Shown: positions 37,100 through 46,687 of the stretch, piece by piece
Position numbering within the stretch: the stretch's first letter is position 1
Layout of the letters: each line of letters begins with the position of its first letter
Source of the DNA: Rhodospirillaceae bacterium
GTDB lineage: Bacteria; Pseudomonadota; Gammaproteobacteria; Steroidobacterales; Rariloculaceae
Length of the DNA: 64,000 nt
NCBI GenBank assembly: GCA_002718345.1
Contig: PBDA01000044.1
Span: 19,226-83,225 of the forward strand
Reading direction: 5' to 3'
The notes under the pieces: generated by a model
What the model saw: only the letters and a program-made list of their open reading frames with translations
What the model was told of the DNA's origin: nothing
Database searches by the model: none
Program-made: the position numbers and the translations under genes

Positions 37100-39096
37100 G
37101 CCTTCATTCCTCTTCGCACCCTAAGATGCCAGTTTCCCACCCAAGATTCCACGAAAACCACTATCAACAGCATGAAAAGTACCCAAGGCCAAAGATCAAT
37201 GGATGCATTATTAACAATTTGCATATTCCCAGAAATTTCTTGAGAAGACTGGGACCCAAGATTATTCCATCTTTCTAGACCGTTAGCAGGCATTGAAGTT
37301 ATATCAGATTCCTGAGAATCTAGATTTACCGCAACTGCTTGTACCTGCCCTTCAGCCAAAATCTCATAAAAACCAATTTGATCAACAACCGTATCACTTC
37401 CTAAACCTGAACCTGCCAAACCAAGAGCTTTTTCTCCATTGGGCGAAAAAATTTGGCCTCCTGAAAGACCCATTGCCTGCGCTGATAGTGTACTTCCTAA
37501 CCCAGCACTAGTGCTTAAAAGAAAATCATTTGTCATGTATAACGATAGTTCCGCTATGAATGGCACAAACGCGGGCTGCAAAGGCAAATCATTCCATTGT
37601 CGATCAAGAGAAGAAGTAAAAATCATGACACGCCCTTCGCCTTGGACATGCTCTACCAACAACGGCGAACCATCCTCAAGGCTAATCAAAATCGTATCAT
37701 TTGGCTCTGTCTCCACAGCCGTGTGTCGATAAAACCGTACTGACCTGAGTCCTTGAAATTGATTTGATAAGGTATGGGAACTATCCACATTACCAATAGT
37801 GAGAAACTCGTCCTGAGTATTTCCGAGCTGAGAAAATGAATTAATACTGTGTCCGGTTATAGGGACTGTATTCAGTCCAGTTGAACGTTGAGATAGTCCC
37901 ATAAAAACAGTTCCACCAGACTCTACATAATTACGCAAAATTGATGAATCACTGTCTGCTAATGAGCCACCATCAGAGACAACAACAAATGCAAAATCTT
38001 CAGGCGAATAAATAGTGAGTTCAGTTGGCAGAATTTGCTCAACGGTATAGGCTTGATCAGCCAATATGCCAAGAGCTGATGTTAAAAAAATTGATGAATC
38101 ATCACGGTTATTGGTGGTAATTAAGAGAATTGGTTGAGGCGTAGGTCGTTTAACTACTAAAAATCTCTCATCATCAACAGACAAATCATCATTTGGTATT
38201 AGTTCAGCTACGACCTGATTCACCCCAGCGGAAAGCTCAACGCCTGCAAAACTGACTTGTGCTGCTCGATTTGCGCTAATTAAAACATCTTGCTCTGCAA
38301 CTTTGGCGCCATTAAGTCTCAACGTAACTGTTCGCTGAACTTCCTGTTCAGAGTACCCGTGAAGACTGGCAGTAAAATCGCCCGACATAGGCATCCAAGT
38401 AAGTCCATCCAAAGCCCAGTTTTCCTCTCCACTAACAGAAATGTTATGAACTTCAAGCTCCAAAGGAATTCGAGGAGACAAATCAGCAAAACGAGTAGGT
38501 AAAGAGCTTTGTTGAGCGTCAGTAATTATGTGCAAAACCACAGGTAACTCTGCCCCACGCAATACAGCTTCCATCGAACTCATTAATTGACCATAGTCAA
38601 TTCTAAAAGGGCCCGGCTGAATAGCCTCTATAGCTTGACGAATTGGCGCCCGATCGAGTGAGGGCTCTGCTAACACCTCTATGACCCTGCCAGCAGCTAC
38701 TACCTCAATAGCATCAGTAGCGCCCACCTCATCAATAAGATTATTTGCTGTTAACTGAGCACGAGCCCAACGATCACCCAGTGACATAGATGCTGAACGA
38801 TCCATTACAATGACATGAAGCCTTGATGTTTCGGTCATTATGTTTTGCAACTGTCCTTCAAGCATAAGTCCTACAAAAACTAGAACTAAAAGAGCTAAGA
38901 CACCAACCCTTAATGCAAATAACAAGAGGTACTGAAGCTTTTTAGCTAGCACACGTCTCGGCTCTCCAGGCTCTAGAAACATCACGGAACTAAAGGGCTG
39001 CCGATTTGGATTCTCCGAAGACAATCGATGCAGCAAAACTGGAATGCCAATTGCTAAAAGTCCTAAAAAAAATGCAGGGGCAAGTAGTGTCATCAA
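37096..39096 (-). CDS. BatA-type (aerotolerance-regulator N-terminal, double-TM) protein with a VWA domain
   Basis: 666 aa. The N-terminus is LLAPAFFLGLLAIGIPVLLHRL. The MIDAS-like motif is VIVMDRSASMSLGD. There is a C-terminal TM helix. Confidence 0.7.
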   Translation of the reverse strand: MMTLLAPAFFLGLLAIGIPVLLHRLSSENPNRQPFSSVMFLEPGEPRRVLAKKLQYLLLFALRVGVLALLVLVFVGLMLEGQLQNIMTETSRLHVIVMDRSASMSLGDRWARAQLTANNLIDEVGATDAIEVVAAGRVIEVLAEPSLDRAPIRQAIEAIQPGPFRIDYGQLMSSMEAVLRGAELPVVLHIITDAQQSSLPTRFADLSPRIPLELEVHNISVSGEENWALDGLTWMPMSGDFTASLHGYSEQEVQRTVTLRLNGAKVAEQDVLISANRAAQVSFAGVELSAGVNQVVAELIPNDDLSVDDERFLVVKRPTPQPILLITTNNRDDSSIFLTSALGILADQAYTVEQILPTELTIYSPEDFAFVVVSDGGSLADSDSSILRNYVESGGTVFMGLSQRSTGLNTVPITGHSINSFSQLGNTQDEFLTIGNVDSSHTLSNQFQGLRSVRFYRHTAVETEPNDTILISLEDGSPLLVEHVQGEGRVMIFTSSLDRQWNDLPLQPAFVPFIAELSLYMTNDFLLSTSAGLGSTLSAQAMGLSGGQIFSPNGEKALGLAGSGLGSDTVVDQIGFYEILAEGQVQAVAVNLDSQESDITSMPANGLERWNNLGSQSSQEISGNMQIVNNASIDLWPWVLFMLLIVVFVESWVGNWHLRVRRGMKA

Positions 39097-40010
39097 CCGC
39101 GGCCTTGTCGAAATAGCAGGTAATCTCTTAGGGGCTTATCTAAAGGGTCTTTTATGTTGATAAGTAAATGGTCTGTACCTGCCCCAGCGGCACTAACTTG
39201 AAGGTTGTCGATATGCTGCTGAATTTTATTCCTATATCGTGAATGCATAAATATAGGTGATACTTCCATTGACTCCCCAGTCTCCATATCCTCCATCAAA
39301 GCAGACTCTTGTAATTCAGGGTTTAACTCCTGAGGATCTAGCAACTGAAACAATGCTACATCTTGCCCCTGATAAGCTAGAGGTTGAACACTTTTAATCA
39401 TCGACTCAGGCTCACAGTAAAAGTCCGAAATAATAACTACCAAACCACGTCCACTCTCAAACTGGCGAAATTTCTCAAATGGGATATTTAAATCTGTGCC
39501 AGCACCAGGCGCAGCACGATCAATAGCATGAATAATTCTGCTTAATTTTCCGACACGCGAGGATGCTGGACGATACTCACGAATTTCATCATCAAAAACA
39601 ATCAAACCTACTGCATCATGCTGCTGAGTCGCTAAATAAGCCAAGGTTGCTGCCAAAAACTTTCCGTATTGCAATTTTGTTATTGGGCCAGAGCCGTACC
39701 CCATTGAGGCACTTGAATCGAGCAGAATCACTAATCTGGTGTTTGTCTCACCAAGAAACCGCTTGATGTAAGTACGCTCTGTCCGAGCATATACATTCCA
39801 ATCTATAAAACGCGGATCATCGCCTTCAGCGTAGGCCTTATATTCAGCAAATTCCTGACTAAAACCAAAAAATGGCGATCGATGGAGCCCATTTAGAAAC
39901 CCATGCACAGCTGCTCTTGCAACTAATTCCAGATTTGAAAGACTAGCCAGAACTTCAGGATTTAAAAGTTTCTGCATTTCTACTGACTTTCTTTCAGTTG
40001 CTGCAACCAT
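39093..40010 (-). CDS. DUF58 family protein (VWA-like)
   Basis: 305 aa. It has SPFFGFSQEFAEYKAYAEGDDPRFIDW and VILLDSSASMGYG. Its position directly downstream of MoxR is canonical. Confidence 0.8.
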   Translation of the reverse strand: MVAATERKSVEMQKLLNPEVLASLSNLELVARAAVHGFLNGLHRSPFFGFSQEFAEYKAYAEGDDPRFIDWNVYARTERTYIKRFLGETNTRLVILLDSSASMGYGSGPITKLQYGKFLAATLAYLATQQHDAVGLIVFDDEIREYRPASSRVGKLSRIIHAIDRAAPGAGTDLNIPFEKFRQFESGRGLVVIISDFYCEPESMIKSVQPLAYQGQDVALFQLLDPQELNPELQESALMEDMETGESMEVSPIFMHSRYRNKIQQHIDNLQVSAAGAGTDHLLINIKDPLDKPLRDYLLFRQGRG

Positions 40011-40019
40011 TAACTACCT

Positions 40020-41063
40020 CTACCCTGCTTTAGAAGTGCGTCCAGAATCTAAGGCATCTTCAACAAGTTGTGTCAAAACATCATCTACACTAATTTTGTC
40101 CGAATCCGCAAAGTAATTAGTAAGCACACGATGTCTCATCACAGGCAAAGCTAGTGCGGCTATATCATCTTGAGTTACGTGATAACGCCCCATCATCAAA
40201 GCTCTAGACTTTGCAGCCAATGATAAAAACATTGTTGCACGTACACTTGCTCCATATTGCACATACCGTTTAACAACCTCTGGAGACAGTGGATCCTCCG
40301 GTCGCGAAGCACGAACAAGCTTCACAGCAAAGCGGCTAACAGATTCTGAAATTGGAACTTGTCTAACAAGTTCTTGAAATTGAAGAATCTGTTCTGGTGT
40401 AGTAACAGCCGATACTTCCGGAATATCCATTCTTGTCGTAAACCTATCAACGACAGCAAGCTCTTCATCATCGGTAAGATAGTCCAAAACCACGTTAAAC
40501 AAAAACCTATCTAACTGTGCCTCGGGTAGCGGATAAGTTCCCTCTAACTCAATTGGGTTTTGTGTTGCCAGCACAAAAAATGGCGGCTCAATTTCATGCA
40601 AATTACCACGAACGGTAACAGTTCTCTCCTGCATAGCTTCTAAAAGTGCTGATTGGGTTTTTGGTGGTGTTCTATTGATCTCATCAGCTAATAAAACATT
40701 GGCAAAAAGAGGACCAGGAACAAACGTCCAGGTTCTATTACCTGTAGTAGCATCTTCTTCAATAATATCGGTACCCGTCACGTCCGTCGGCATTAAATCC
40801 GGGGTAAACTGTATTCTTTTAAAAGACAGTCCTAGAGCAACAGCAAGTGTTCTTACTAGCATGGTTTTTGCTGTACCTGGCATTCCAGTTATCAAGCAGT
40901 GTCCACCTACTAACAGGGTCATCAAAAGATTGTCCACCACTTCCTCTTGTCCAATAATGACTTTTCTTACTTCAACACGAATAGCATCAAGGGAGCCCTT
41001 GAATGTTTCTATCAACGCTCGAGCTTCTTCAGTGTTAAGTTGGTTGGCTGTTTCTGAACTCAA
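40020..41063 (-). CDS. MoxR-family AAA+ ATPase
   Basis: 347 aa. Walker A is GMPGTAKT, Walker B is LLADEINR, and the sensor/arginine finger region is ATQNPIELEGTYPLPEAQLDRF. Confidence 0.9.
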   Translation of the reverse strand: MSSETANQLNTEEARALIETFKGSLDAIRVEVRKVIIGQEEVVDNLLMTLLVGGHCLITGMPGTAKTMLVRTLAVALGLSFKRIQFTPDLMPTDVTGTDIIEEDATTGNRTWTFVPGPLFANVLLADEINRTPPKTQSALLEAMQERTVTVRGNLHEIEPPFFVLATQNPIELEGTYPLPEAQLDRFLFNVVLDYLTDDEELAVVDRFTTRMDIPEVSAVTTPEQILQFQELVRQVPISESVSRFAVKLVRASRPEDPLSPEVVKRYVQYGASVRATMFLSLAAKSRALMMGRYHVTQDDIAALALPVMRHRVLTNYFADSDKISVDDVLTQLVEDALDSGRTSKAG

Positions 41064-43339
41064 CGTAAAATCTCCAATAATAATTGCTGAGCCTCTCTAT
41101 AATGAGGGGCGGTTTCCAAAGCATACAACAAATGCTCTCTCGTCTTTTCTTGATCCTCTAGTTGTTTATAGGCTCTAGCTAATCGATAGTGAGCAGAAGC
41201 TTCATCATGCGGGCTCGTAGCTAGAAATGCTAAATACTCACGTAATGCAAGCTCCCCATTTTCCGATTCAAGAAACCAATCGCCCAGTTTTCGGTGAAGT
41301 GACTCATCTAGTGGTGCAACAAAAATTACATCGCTTAAAACTTCAATAGCATCCCCAGAACGATCTGACTCATATAACCAGTCAGCTAGTTGATGCAATA
41401 CACCAGGCTCATAACCACCAAGCCTCCAATATTGTTCTAGAGTAGCAATCGCTGCGTCTATCTGACCAAGTTCCTCATGGGCTTTAGCATGCAGGATGTA
41501 AATGTCTCCTTCCTCAACATAATCAGGATACATATCAATCGATGCGGCACTTGAATCCAACACACTCTCCCAATTACCTTCATTAGCAGCCACATGTGCT
41601 CGTTCTGTATGTTCCTTCCAATCATCCAAAATAGCCAAGACAGACTGAAACTCTGAGTCAATAAATGCATCGAAACCCTCATCGAATTCATTTGAATCTA
41701 CACCAAGCCCATCCTCAATTGCCTCAGCGGTAACTGCTCCATTTCTATACAGTCGAAGTAGTTCTATAAGGCCTGCCTGCCCCCAGCGGCTTTCTATATA
41801 CTGACAAATAAGACCCGCTTGCATATAAGAAACCATAATCTGCCCCTGATAAGTTGGTCGAATGAAACCGCTATCCAGGTCTAAGATTGGTAGAAACTTG
41901 TCCTCCTTCATTGCATCAAGAACATGTAGTGGAATATGGCGACCCGGCCTTGGGCCTGTCATCCATTCCTCGAAGACTGAGACACCCTCACTAAACCATC
42001 TTGGAACTAGGTGGTTTGTAGACTCCAACGTAAATACATGAGCTATTTCGTGCCAGAGAGTTGTACCCCAGTGAAATTCACCCTCACCTCTACCAGATGG
42101 GCTATCCATCGCAACTAGGTAACCAAATGCGACGCCTAATAGACCAATACCAGGTAACCCTGACGTCCTCACTGCAAAATCATCATGATCAGGATATAAC
42201 TCCGCTACAACAGGCTCCTGTAGCTCAAACTGATAGCGTTTGGAAAATACGTCTATGCTTTCTGCCACAAGACTTGCTACATATTCCTCAAGAATAGGGG
42301 CCTCATCTTTATGCAGACGTAAAATCATTCCGGGTCTTTTGGCTTTATCCGCATCCGCCACATCAGCTTCTATCTCAGGCAACTCTCGTTCCAAAACCTG
42401 AAAATTTTCAAAGCTATCAATAAGCCGCAATGTGTTAACTATTTGAGCACTGTAGGGATCCCCATCATAAGCAAGCGAGAGATGATGCTGTGCTTCATTA
42501 ACCCGATTAGTTCTAAGAAGGTTAATGCCTAGTTCAGCATGGGCAGACCAAAGATCTGGCTGTATGCTCACGGCCTTAAATAGAAGCTCCGTCGCTTCAC
42601 GATATCGTCTTGTTATTACATAGAAGTGGGCAGGTATCGCATAAATATCTCCGTAATGAGGATTGAAATTCAGCGAAAGATCCGTCCATTCACTTTCAAC
42701 AATATCGTTTAGAAGATCAACAGAGGCCTTAAGAGCATAGACTTCCAGAGGCGGCAGCCCTTTTTGCTCTGCGATCATGAGCGCTTCATTTAATGACTCA
42801 TCTGCGGCTTCTAAAGCGCCTTCTTCAAGGCTCATTTGAGCATTCAATAAATGTGCTTCAAGCTGTAATTCATCTGCCTCTAAAACCCCCTGCACAAGGG
42901 CTTTAGCTCTATCCTCAAAACGACCAGCAGCAACTGCAGCCAACCCTAGCTTTGCAGGCAAATACTCTGCATTAAGCTCCAACGCCTCCTCAAAAAGCTG
43001 AATAGCATCACTATTTTGATGCGTCATGAGAAACAAACGGGCCCAGCGAGTTCTAACTCGCGGGGATTCGGGATTGATTTCTACACCAGTTCTAAAATAA
43101 GCATTAGCAGCCTGAAGATCCCCGACACGCCAAGCAGATTCCGCCCTAATCAGAGCATCTGTGCTACTACTCAGCAAAGAAAGATAACAATCATTCGCCT
43201 CTTGACGCTGTCCACTATAAAAATGTTCGTCACATGTCTTTAAAGCAGAATCACGGTCAGCAGAATAATCAATAGGCTGCGTATTCGCTGACTGTAAACA
43301 GAAAAAATAAAAGCTAAAGAAAATAATCCGCAGATTCAC
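41060..43339 (-). CDS. Secreted TPR-repeat protein with an embedded HExxH zinc-metalloprotease-like (peptidase MA/gluzincin-like) domain
   Basis: 759 aa with a signal peptide. It has N- and C-terminal TPR-like repeats. WHEIAHVF (HExxH at about 42038-42052) is followed by WFSEGVSVFEE. Confidence 0.6.
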   Translation of the reverse strand: MNLRIIFFSFYFFCLQSANTQPIDYSADRDSALKTCDEHFYSGQRQEANDCYLSLLSSSTDALIRAESAWRVGDLQAANAYFRTGVEINPESPRVRTRWARLFLMTHQNSDAIQLFEEALELNAEYLPAKLGLAAVAAGRFEDRAKALVQGVLEADELQLEAHLLNAQMSLEEGALEAADESLNEALMIAEQKGLPPLEVYALKASVDLLNDIVESEWTDLSLNFNPHYGDIYAIPAHFYVITRRYREATELLFKAVSIQPDLWSAHAELGINLLRTNRVNEAQHHLSLAYDGDPYSAQIVNTLRLIDSFENFQVLERELPEIEADVADADKAKRPGMILRLHKDEAPILEEYVASLVAESIDVFSKRYQFELQEPVVAELYPDHDDFAVRTSGLPGIGLLGVAFGYLVAMDSPSGRGEGEFHWGTTLWHEIAHVFTLESTNHLVPRWFSEGVSVFEEWMTGPRPGRHIPLHVLDAMKEDKFLPILDLDSGFIRPTYQGQIMVSYMQAGLICQYIESRWGQAGLIELLRLYRNGAVTAEAIEDGLGVDSNEFDEGFDAFIDSEFQSVLAILDDWKEHTERAHVAANEGNWESVLDSSAASIDMYPDYVEEGDIYILHAKAHEELGQIDAAIATLEQYWRLGGYEPGVLHQLADWLYESDRSGDAIEVLSDVIFVAPLDESLHRKLGDWFLESENGELALREYLAFLATSPHDEASAHYRLARAYKQLEDQEKTREHLLYALETAPHYREAQQLLLEILR

Positions 43340-43342
43340 TTG

Positions 43343-44242
43343 TCACTCAATTCCTCGTACATCATCTATTTCGCGTTGCACCAATGCCAATTCCAACAGC
43401 AAGCTCTGAAGCGCATCAAGATAAACGTCGTTATCCATTCCCCCACGATTCTGTCGTAGTGTTTCTACATCTCTTTCCAATTCATCCAACTCATCCATAA
43501 GTATTTCTAGCTCAGCTGTCATTAGGACTCTTTCCTGAAGTAGAGCAAGGTTCAAAGCGAAAGAGTTTTCGCCCACAATGGCTGGATGTTCAGTTGCTAG
43601 CAGACCCTCACTCTCATAACTCTCTGCTACTTTAGTCGCTGCAAAATCGAAAGCCTCCCGAACAGTAACTGCACCATTTTTATTTATATCTGCCTCATCA
43701 CTTGAAAGTGCTGCCGCCCAATACGCTCCAAACCGAGTGGCGTTTCTCTCTCCAGGGCTTTTAGTTGCGGTAATGAGTGTTCGACCCTCTGATGCCCAAG
43801 ATTCAAGCACAGCACCACTTGCACTTGTTGTATTAACTACAACTTGTTGTGTCGCTGGAATATTTTCTAATAAAGACGCAAGAGTCTCACCATCAATGTC
43901 TGGCCCAGGTAAGTTAAATTTATATTGCTCACCATCATGAGTACCATGGCCAATAAAAAAAACTGCTAACTGGTCTTTAGCAGTTATTACCTCAGATATT
44001 CGCTGCAACTCTGCTATGAGCGATTCACGACTGGCTTTGTGTCCAATAAGTAGTGAAATATTTGAATCATCCCCATTTGATCGGAGTGCTGCCTGAGCCA
44101 TTGATTCTGCCTGTGCCTCAAAACGCTCTTGATAACGTTGCTCACCACCTAACCCTGCCACGATCAGGTAGTGGAGTTCAGCATGAGCATTGGTTACTAC
44201 CCCAATGACGCTAAAAACAAAACAAATTAAAGCGGCCCTCAT
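43343..44242 (-). CDS. Secreted caspase/legumain (C13)-fold-like protein with Ser at the nucleophile position and a C-terminal coiled coil
   Basis: The start at 44242 forms an ATGA overlap with the upstream stop. The signal peptide is MRAALICFVFSVIGVVTNAHA. The pattern is HYLIVAGLGG ... LAVFFIGHGTHDG ... QVVVNTTSASGAV, compared with the C13 pattern H-G ... E-A-C-x-S-G. Confidence 0.4.
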   Translation of the reverse strand: MRAALICFVFSVIGVVTNAHAELHYLIVAGLGGEQRYQERFEAQAESMAQAALRSNGDDSNISLLIGHKASRESLIAELQRISEVITAKDQLAVFFIGHGTHDGEQYKFNLPGPDIDGETLASLLENIPATQQVVVNTTSASGAVLESWASEGRTLITATKSPGERNATRFGAYWAAALSSDEADINKNGAVTVREAFDFAATKVAESYESEGLLATEHPAIVGENSFALNLALLQERVLMTAELEILMDELDELERDVETLRQNRGGMDNDVYLDALQSLLLELALVQREIDDVRGIE

Positions 44243-46482
44243 AGGCGCCCCCAATAAAGTCTTAATACCCACTCTCCGCATTTTAAAAACAAAAGAAGCA
44301 GAAAATTAAACGGCATATTCCAAAGATCAAGCAACTCACGTTCAAGTATTCCTGCTTCGGAAAATTGGACTGCTTCGGGAACTTGATCTAATTCTCCTAA
44401 AGTGAAGTATTGTCCGCTGCTTATATTAGATAGACGTTCCAAAAGGGATCTGTTCTGTTGATATTGAAAGTGCTCAGATATTCCATTAACACGACGTACT
44501 GATGCCTTAGCTGTGCCTAGTAATTCCCCCCCAGAGTCAACGGCAGCTTCAAAGTGATATAGGCCATCTTCCTCAGCCAGGATTGTTGTTTCATAGGTAC
44601 CAGGCTCACCTGGGACCGCGCTCATTGAAATCATGAAAGGCACAGAAAAATCTCTTCTCACAGCAAGCGAAATGGCAGCATCAGAGACTGGTTGATACGA
44701 CTCTCCTTGAACTTGGGCCCTCAGAGTGATCTCGTTCTGATCTCCGTAAAAAGCACGACCCGCAGTAAGTGAAATCATTCGGGGAGTAGCTGAAACAAGT
44801 GCTTGCAATATCTGTCGCCAAAATGTCTCATGCCGCTGATCCTCAGATGACAGTTGCATTTGCCAACGCCATGTTCCGCCGCTAGCAAGTATATAAGCTA
44901 CACCTTTCCCAAATCGCTGATGAACCAACAGAGGCTGTGGTGTACCCCGTACGTCAGCCTCAAGTAATGTAACTGCCCCAGACTTTACCTGACCAAGGTA
45001 CTGAAAATCAGCAATTTCAGGCATCTCAGCCCAAAGCTGGGTATTCATTTCGGCATCAGAAGATAAGCTAGTTAGAAGAGACTCTTCGCCTTCTGTTGTC
45101 AAAGCAACTTTTACGGGAACACGAACAAAGCTGGGTGCATCAATCTCTGGAAGCTGCGCCGGTAAAGCCTCTGCAACGATACTATTGCCCCAACCGCCAT
45201 CTGCAAGTCCTCTCCGTCCTCCTAACATAAGAAGACTGCCCCCACGCTCACTGACAAAGTCTCTGACCCACAATTGTTGCTCTTCACTGAGTTCAGCAGC
45301 GGCAAAACTACCTATGATTAATGCGTCGTATGCATAAAGAGCTTCACGTGTCTCTGGAAAACCGTTTTCCAATTCGGTCTCACTTGCTATACCTTGGCGA
45401 TAAAATTTATTAGGTGTGGTACGCAAAAGACTCGCTAATCTAATTGGTGAGTCTTCTTCCAGGGCACGTCGCACAAACTTATATTCCCAACGAGGCTCTC
45501 CTTCAACATATAGTATGCTCCTCCGTTCCTCAGGCACTTGAACTGTTCGGTACTGAACATTGTTCGTCGTATTGTTCTCTCCAGGAATAGCATCTAAACT
45601 GAATCGTAAATCTCGAACACCGGCGTCTCCAGTATCAAATTCCACCCAATGTGTAGTTAGATTCACTCCCTGCAGTAGCTCGACATCCTCAGAAGCAAGA
45701 ATCATGTCACCATCGTAGACACGTATTCTTGTCACCGCAGGCCCTGAGTGCTGAATACTTACTTGGGCACTTACTCGCGAACCAACCATGGACTGCGCTG
45801 TTAAAACAACTTCACGGAGCTCAATATCCTCTGGGACCGCCTCACGCCCAACGCCAACTGCATGTATGGGCACTCCATAACTACCAATTTCTGCTAGTTT
45901 TGCAGCATCCAATGTCTCCGAATTATCCGCTCCGTCACTGATAAGTACTACGGCTCCGAGAGCCGATGAACCTGCCTCTTGCAAAACACTTACTAATGCA
46001 TCACCAATACGGGTAGCATCTCCTGGAGCAGGGATCTCATCTAAGTCTTCTATGCTTTCCAAATTGGCAGCAAAAGTATAAAGCTTCGTATTAAAGCGTT
46101 CTGAAAGTTCCTCCAAAACACCACCATTAAGTAATGTCACTGCCTGCTGGAGCCGGGAAATCTCACCCTCCCCATGACTCATGCTGGCCGACGCATCAAT
46201 GACTACAGCAACAGAATTCTCCTGTGGTCGAAGTGTTTGAGTAGAAAGGGAGGGTCGCCAAAGCAAAGTCAGCAAAACAACGATCATTGCAACTTGCAAA
46301 AAGCCCAAAACAAATAACCTACCAAGACTCATTGCTTGCTTATATTTTATGAGGCTATAACCGACTACAATCGTCGTAATTAATATAAGAACAAGCAACG
46401 CCCAGAGAGGCCAATCTCGGGCAAAGAGAAACTCGCTATTTTCAAATATTGTGCGAGAGTATTTAAACAAGAACTCAAACAA
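44239..46482 (-). CDS. Membrane protein with a VWA domain and a GATase1-like (DUF1355/ThuA-like) C-terminal region; first gene of the Bat-like operon
   Basis: 747 aa with two N-terminal TM helices. The MIDAS motif is VAVVIDASASMSHGEG. Later it has YDALIIGSFAAAELSEEQQLWVRDFVSERGGSLLMLGG. Confidence 0.65.
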   Translation of the reverse strand: MFEFLFKYSRTIFENSEFLFARDWPLWALLVLILITTIVVGYSLIKYKQAMSLGRLFVLGFLQVAMIVVLLTLLWRPSLSTQTLRPQENSVAVVIDASASMSHGEGEISRLQQAVTLLNGGVLEELSERFNTKLYTFAANLESIEDLDEIPAPGDATRIGDALVSVLQEAGSSALGAVVLISDGADNSETLDAAKLAEIGSYGVPIHAVGVGREAVPEDIELREVVLTAQSMVGSRVSAQVSIQHSGPAVTRIRVYDGDMILASEDVELLQGVNLTTHWVEFDTGDAGVRDLRFSLDAIPGENNTTNNVQYRTVQVPEERRSILYVEGEPRWEYKFVRRALEEDSPIRLASLLRTTPNKFYRQGIASETELENGFPETREALYAYDALIIGSFAAAELSEEQQLWVRDFVSERGGSLLMLGGRRGLADGGWGNSIVAEALPAQLPEIDAPSFVRVPVKVALTTEGEESLLTSLSSDAEMNTQLWAEMPEIADFQYLGQVKSGAVTLLEADVRGTPQPLLVHQRFGKGVAYILASGGTWRWQMQLSSEDQRHETFWRQILQALVSATPRMISLTAGRAFYGDQNEITLRAQVQGESYQPVSDAAISLAVRRDFSVPFMISMSAVPGEPGTYETTILAEEDGLYHFEAAVDSGGELLGTAKASVRRVNGISEHFQYQQNRSLLERLSNISSGQYFTLGELDQVPEAVQFSEAGILERELLDLWNMPFNFLLLLFLKCGEWVLRLYWGRL

Positions 46483-46687
46483 AATTTTTATTCTTCTTTC
46501 TCAAGTGGACTTGATAAAACAAACAATAGCAAAACTTGTAAAGATACTATCAATATGCTCTTCTCATGATGATATCACCATGGAACTCTTTGTTGTGCTG
46601 CAATGTCAGCATTTTTCATTAAACAAATAGTTTTGAACAAGCTTCCACCAACCGGAAAAATACAACCCGTGTTATCTTATAAATAAC

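Noticed and set aside
40675-41178. A 167-aa plus-strand ORF overlapping the MoxR gene.
   Set aside because: The opposite-strand frame encodes an unmistakable MoxR AAA+ ATPase (Walker A/B motifs). The antisense translation has no recognisable features.
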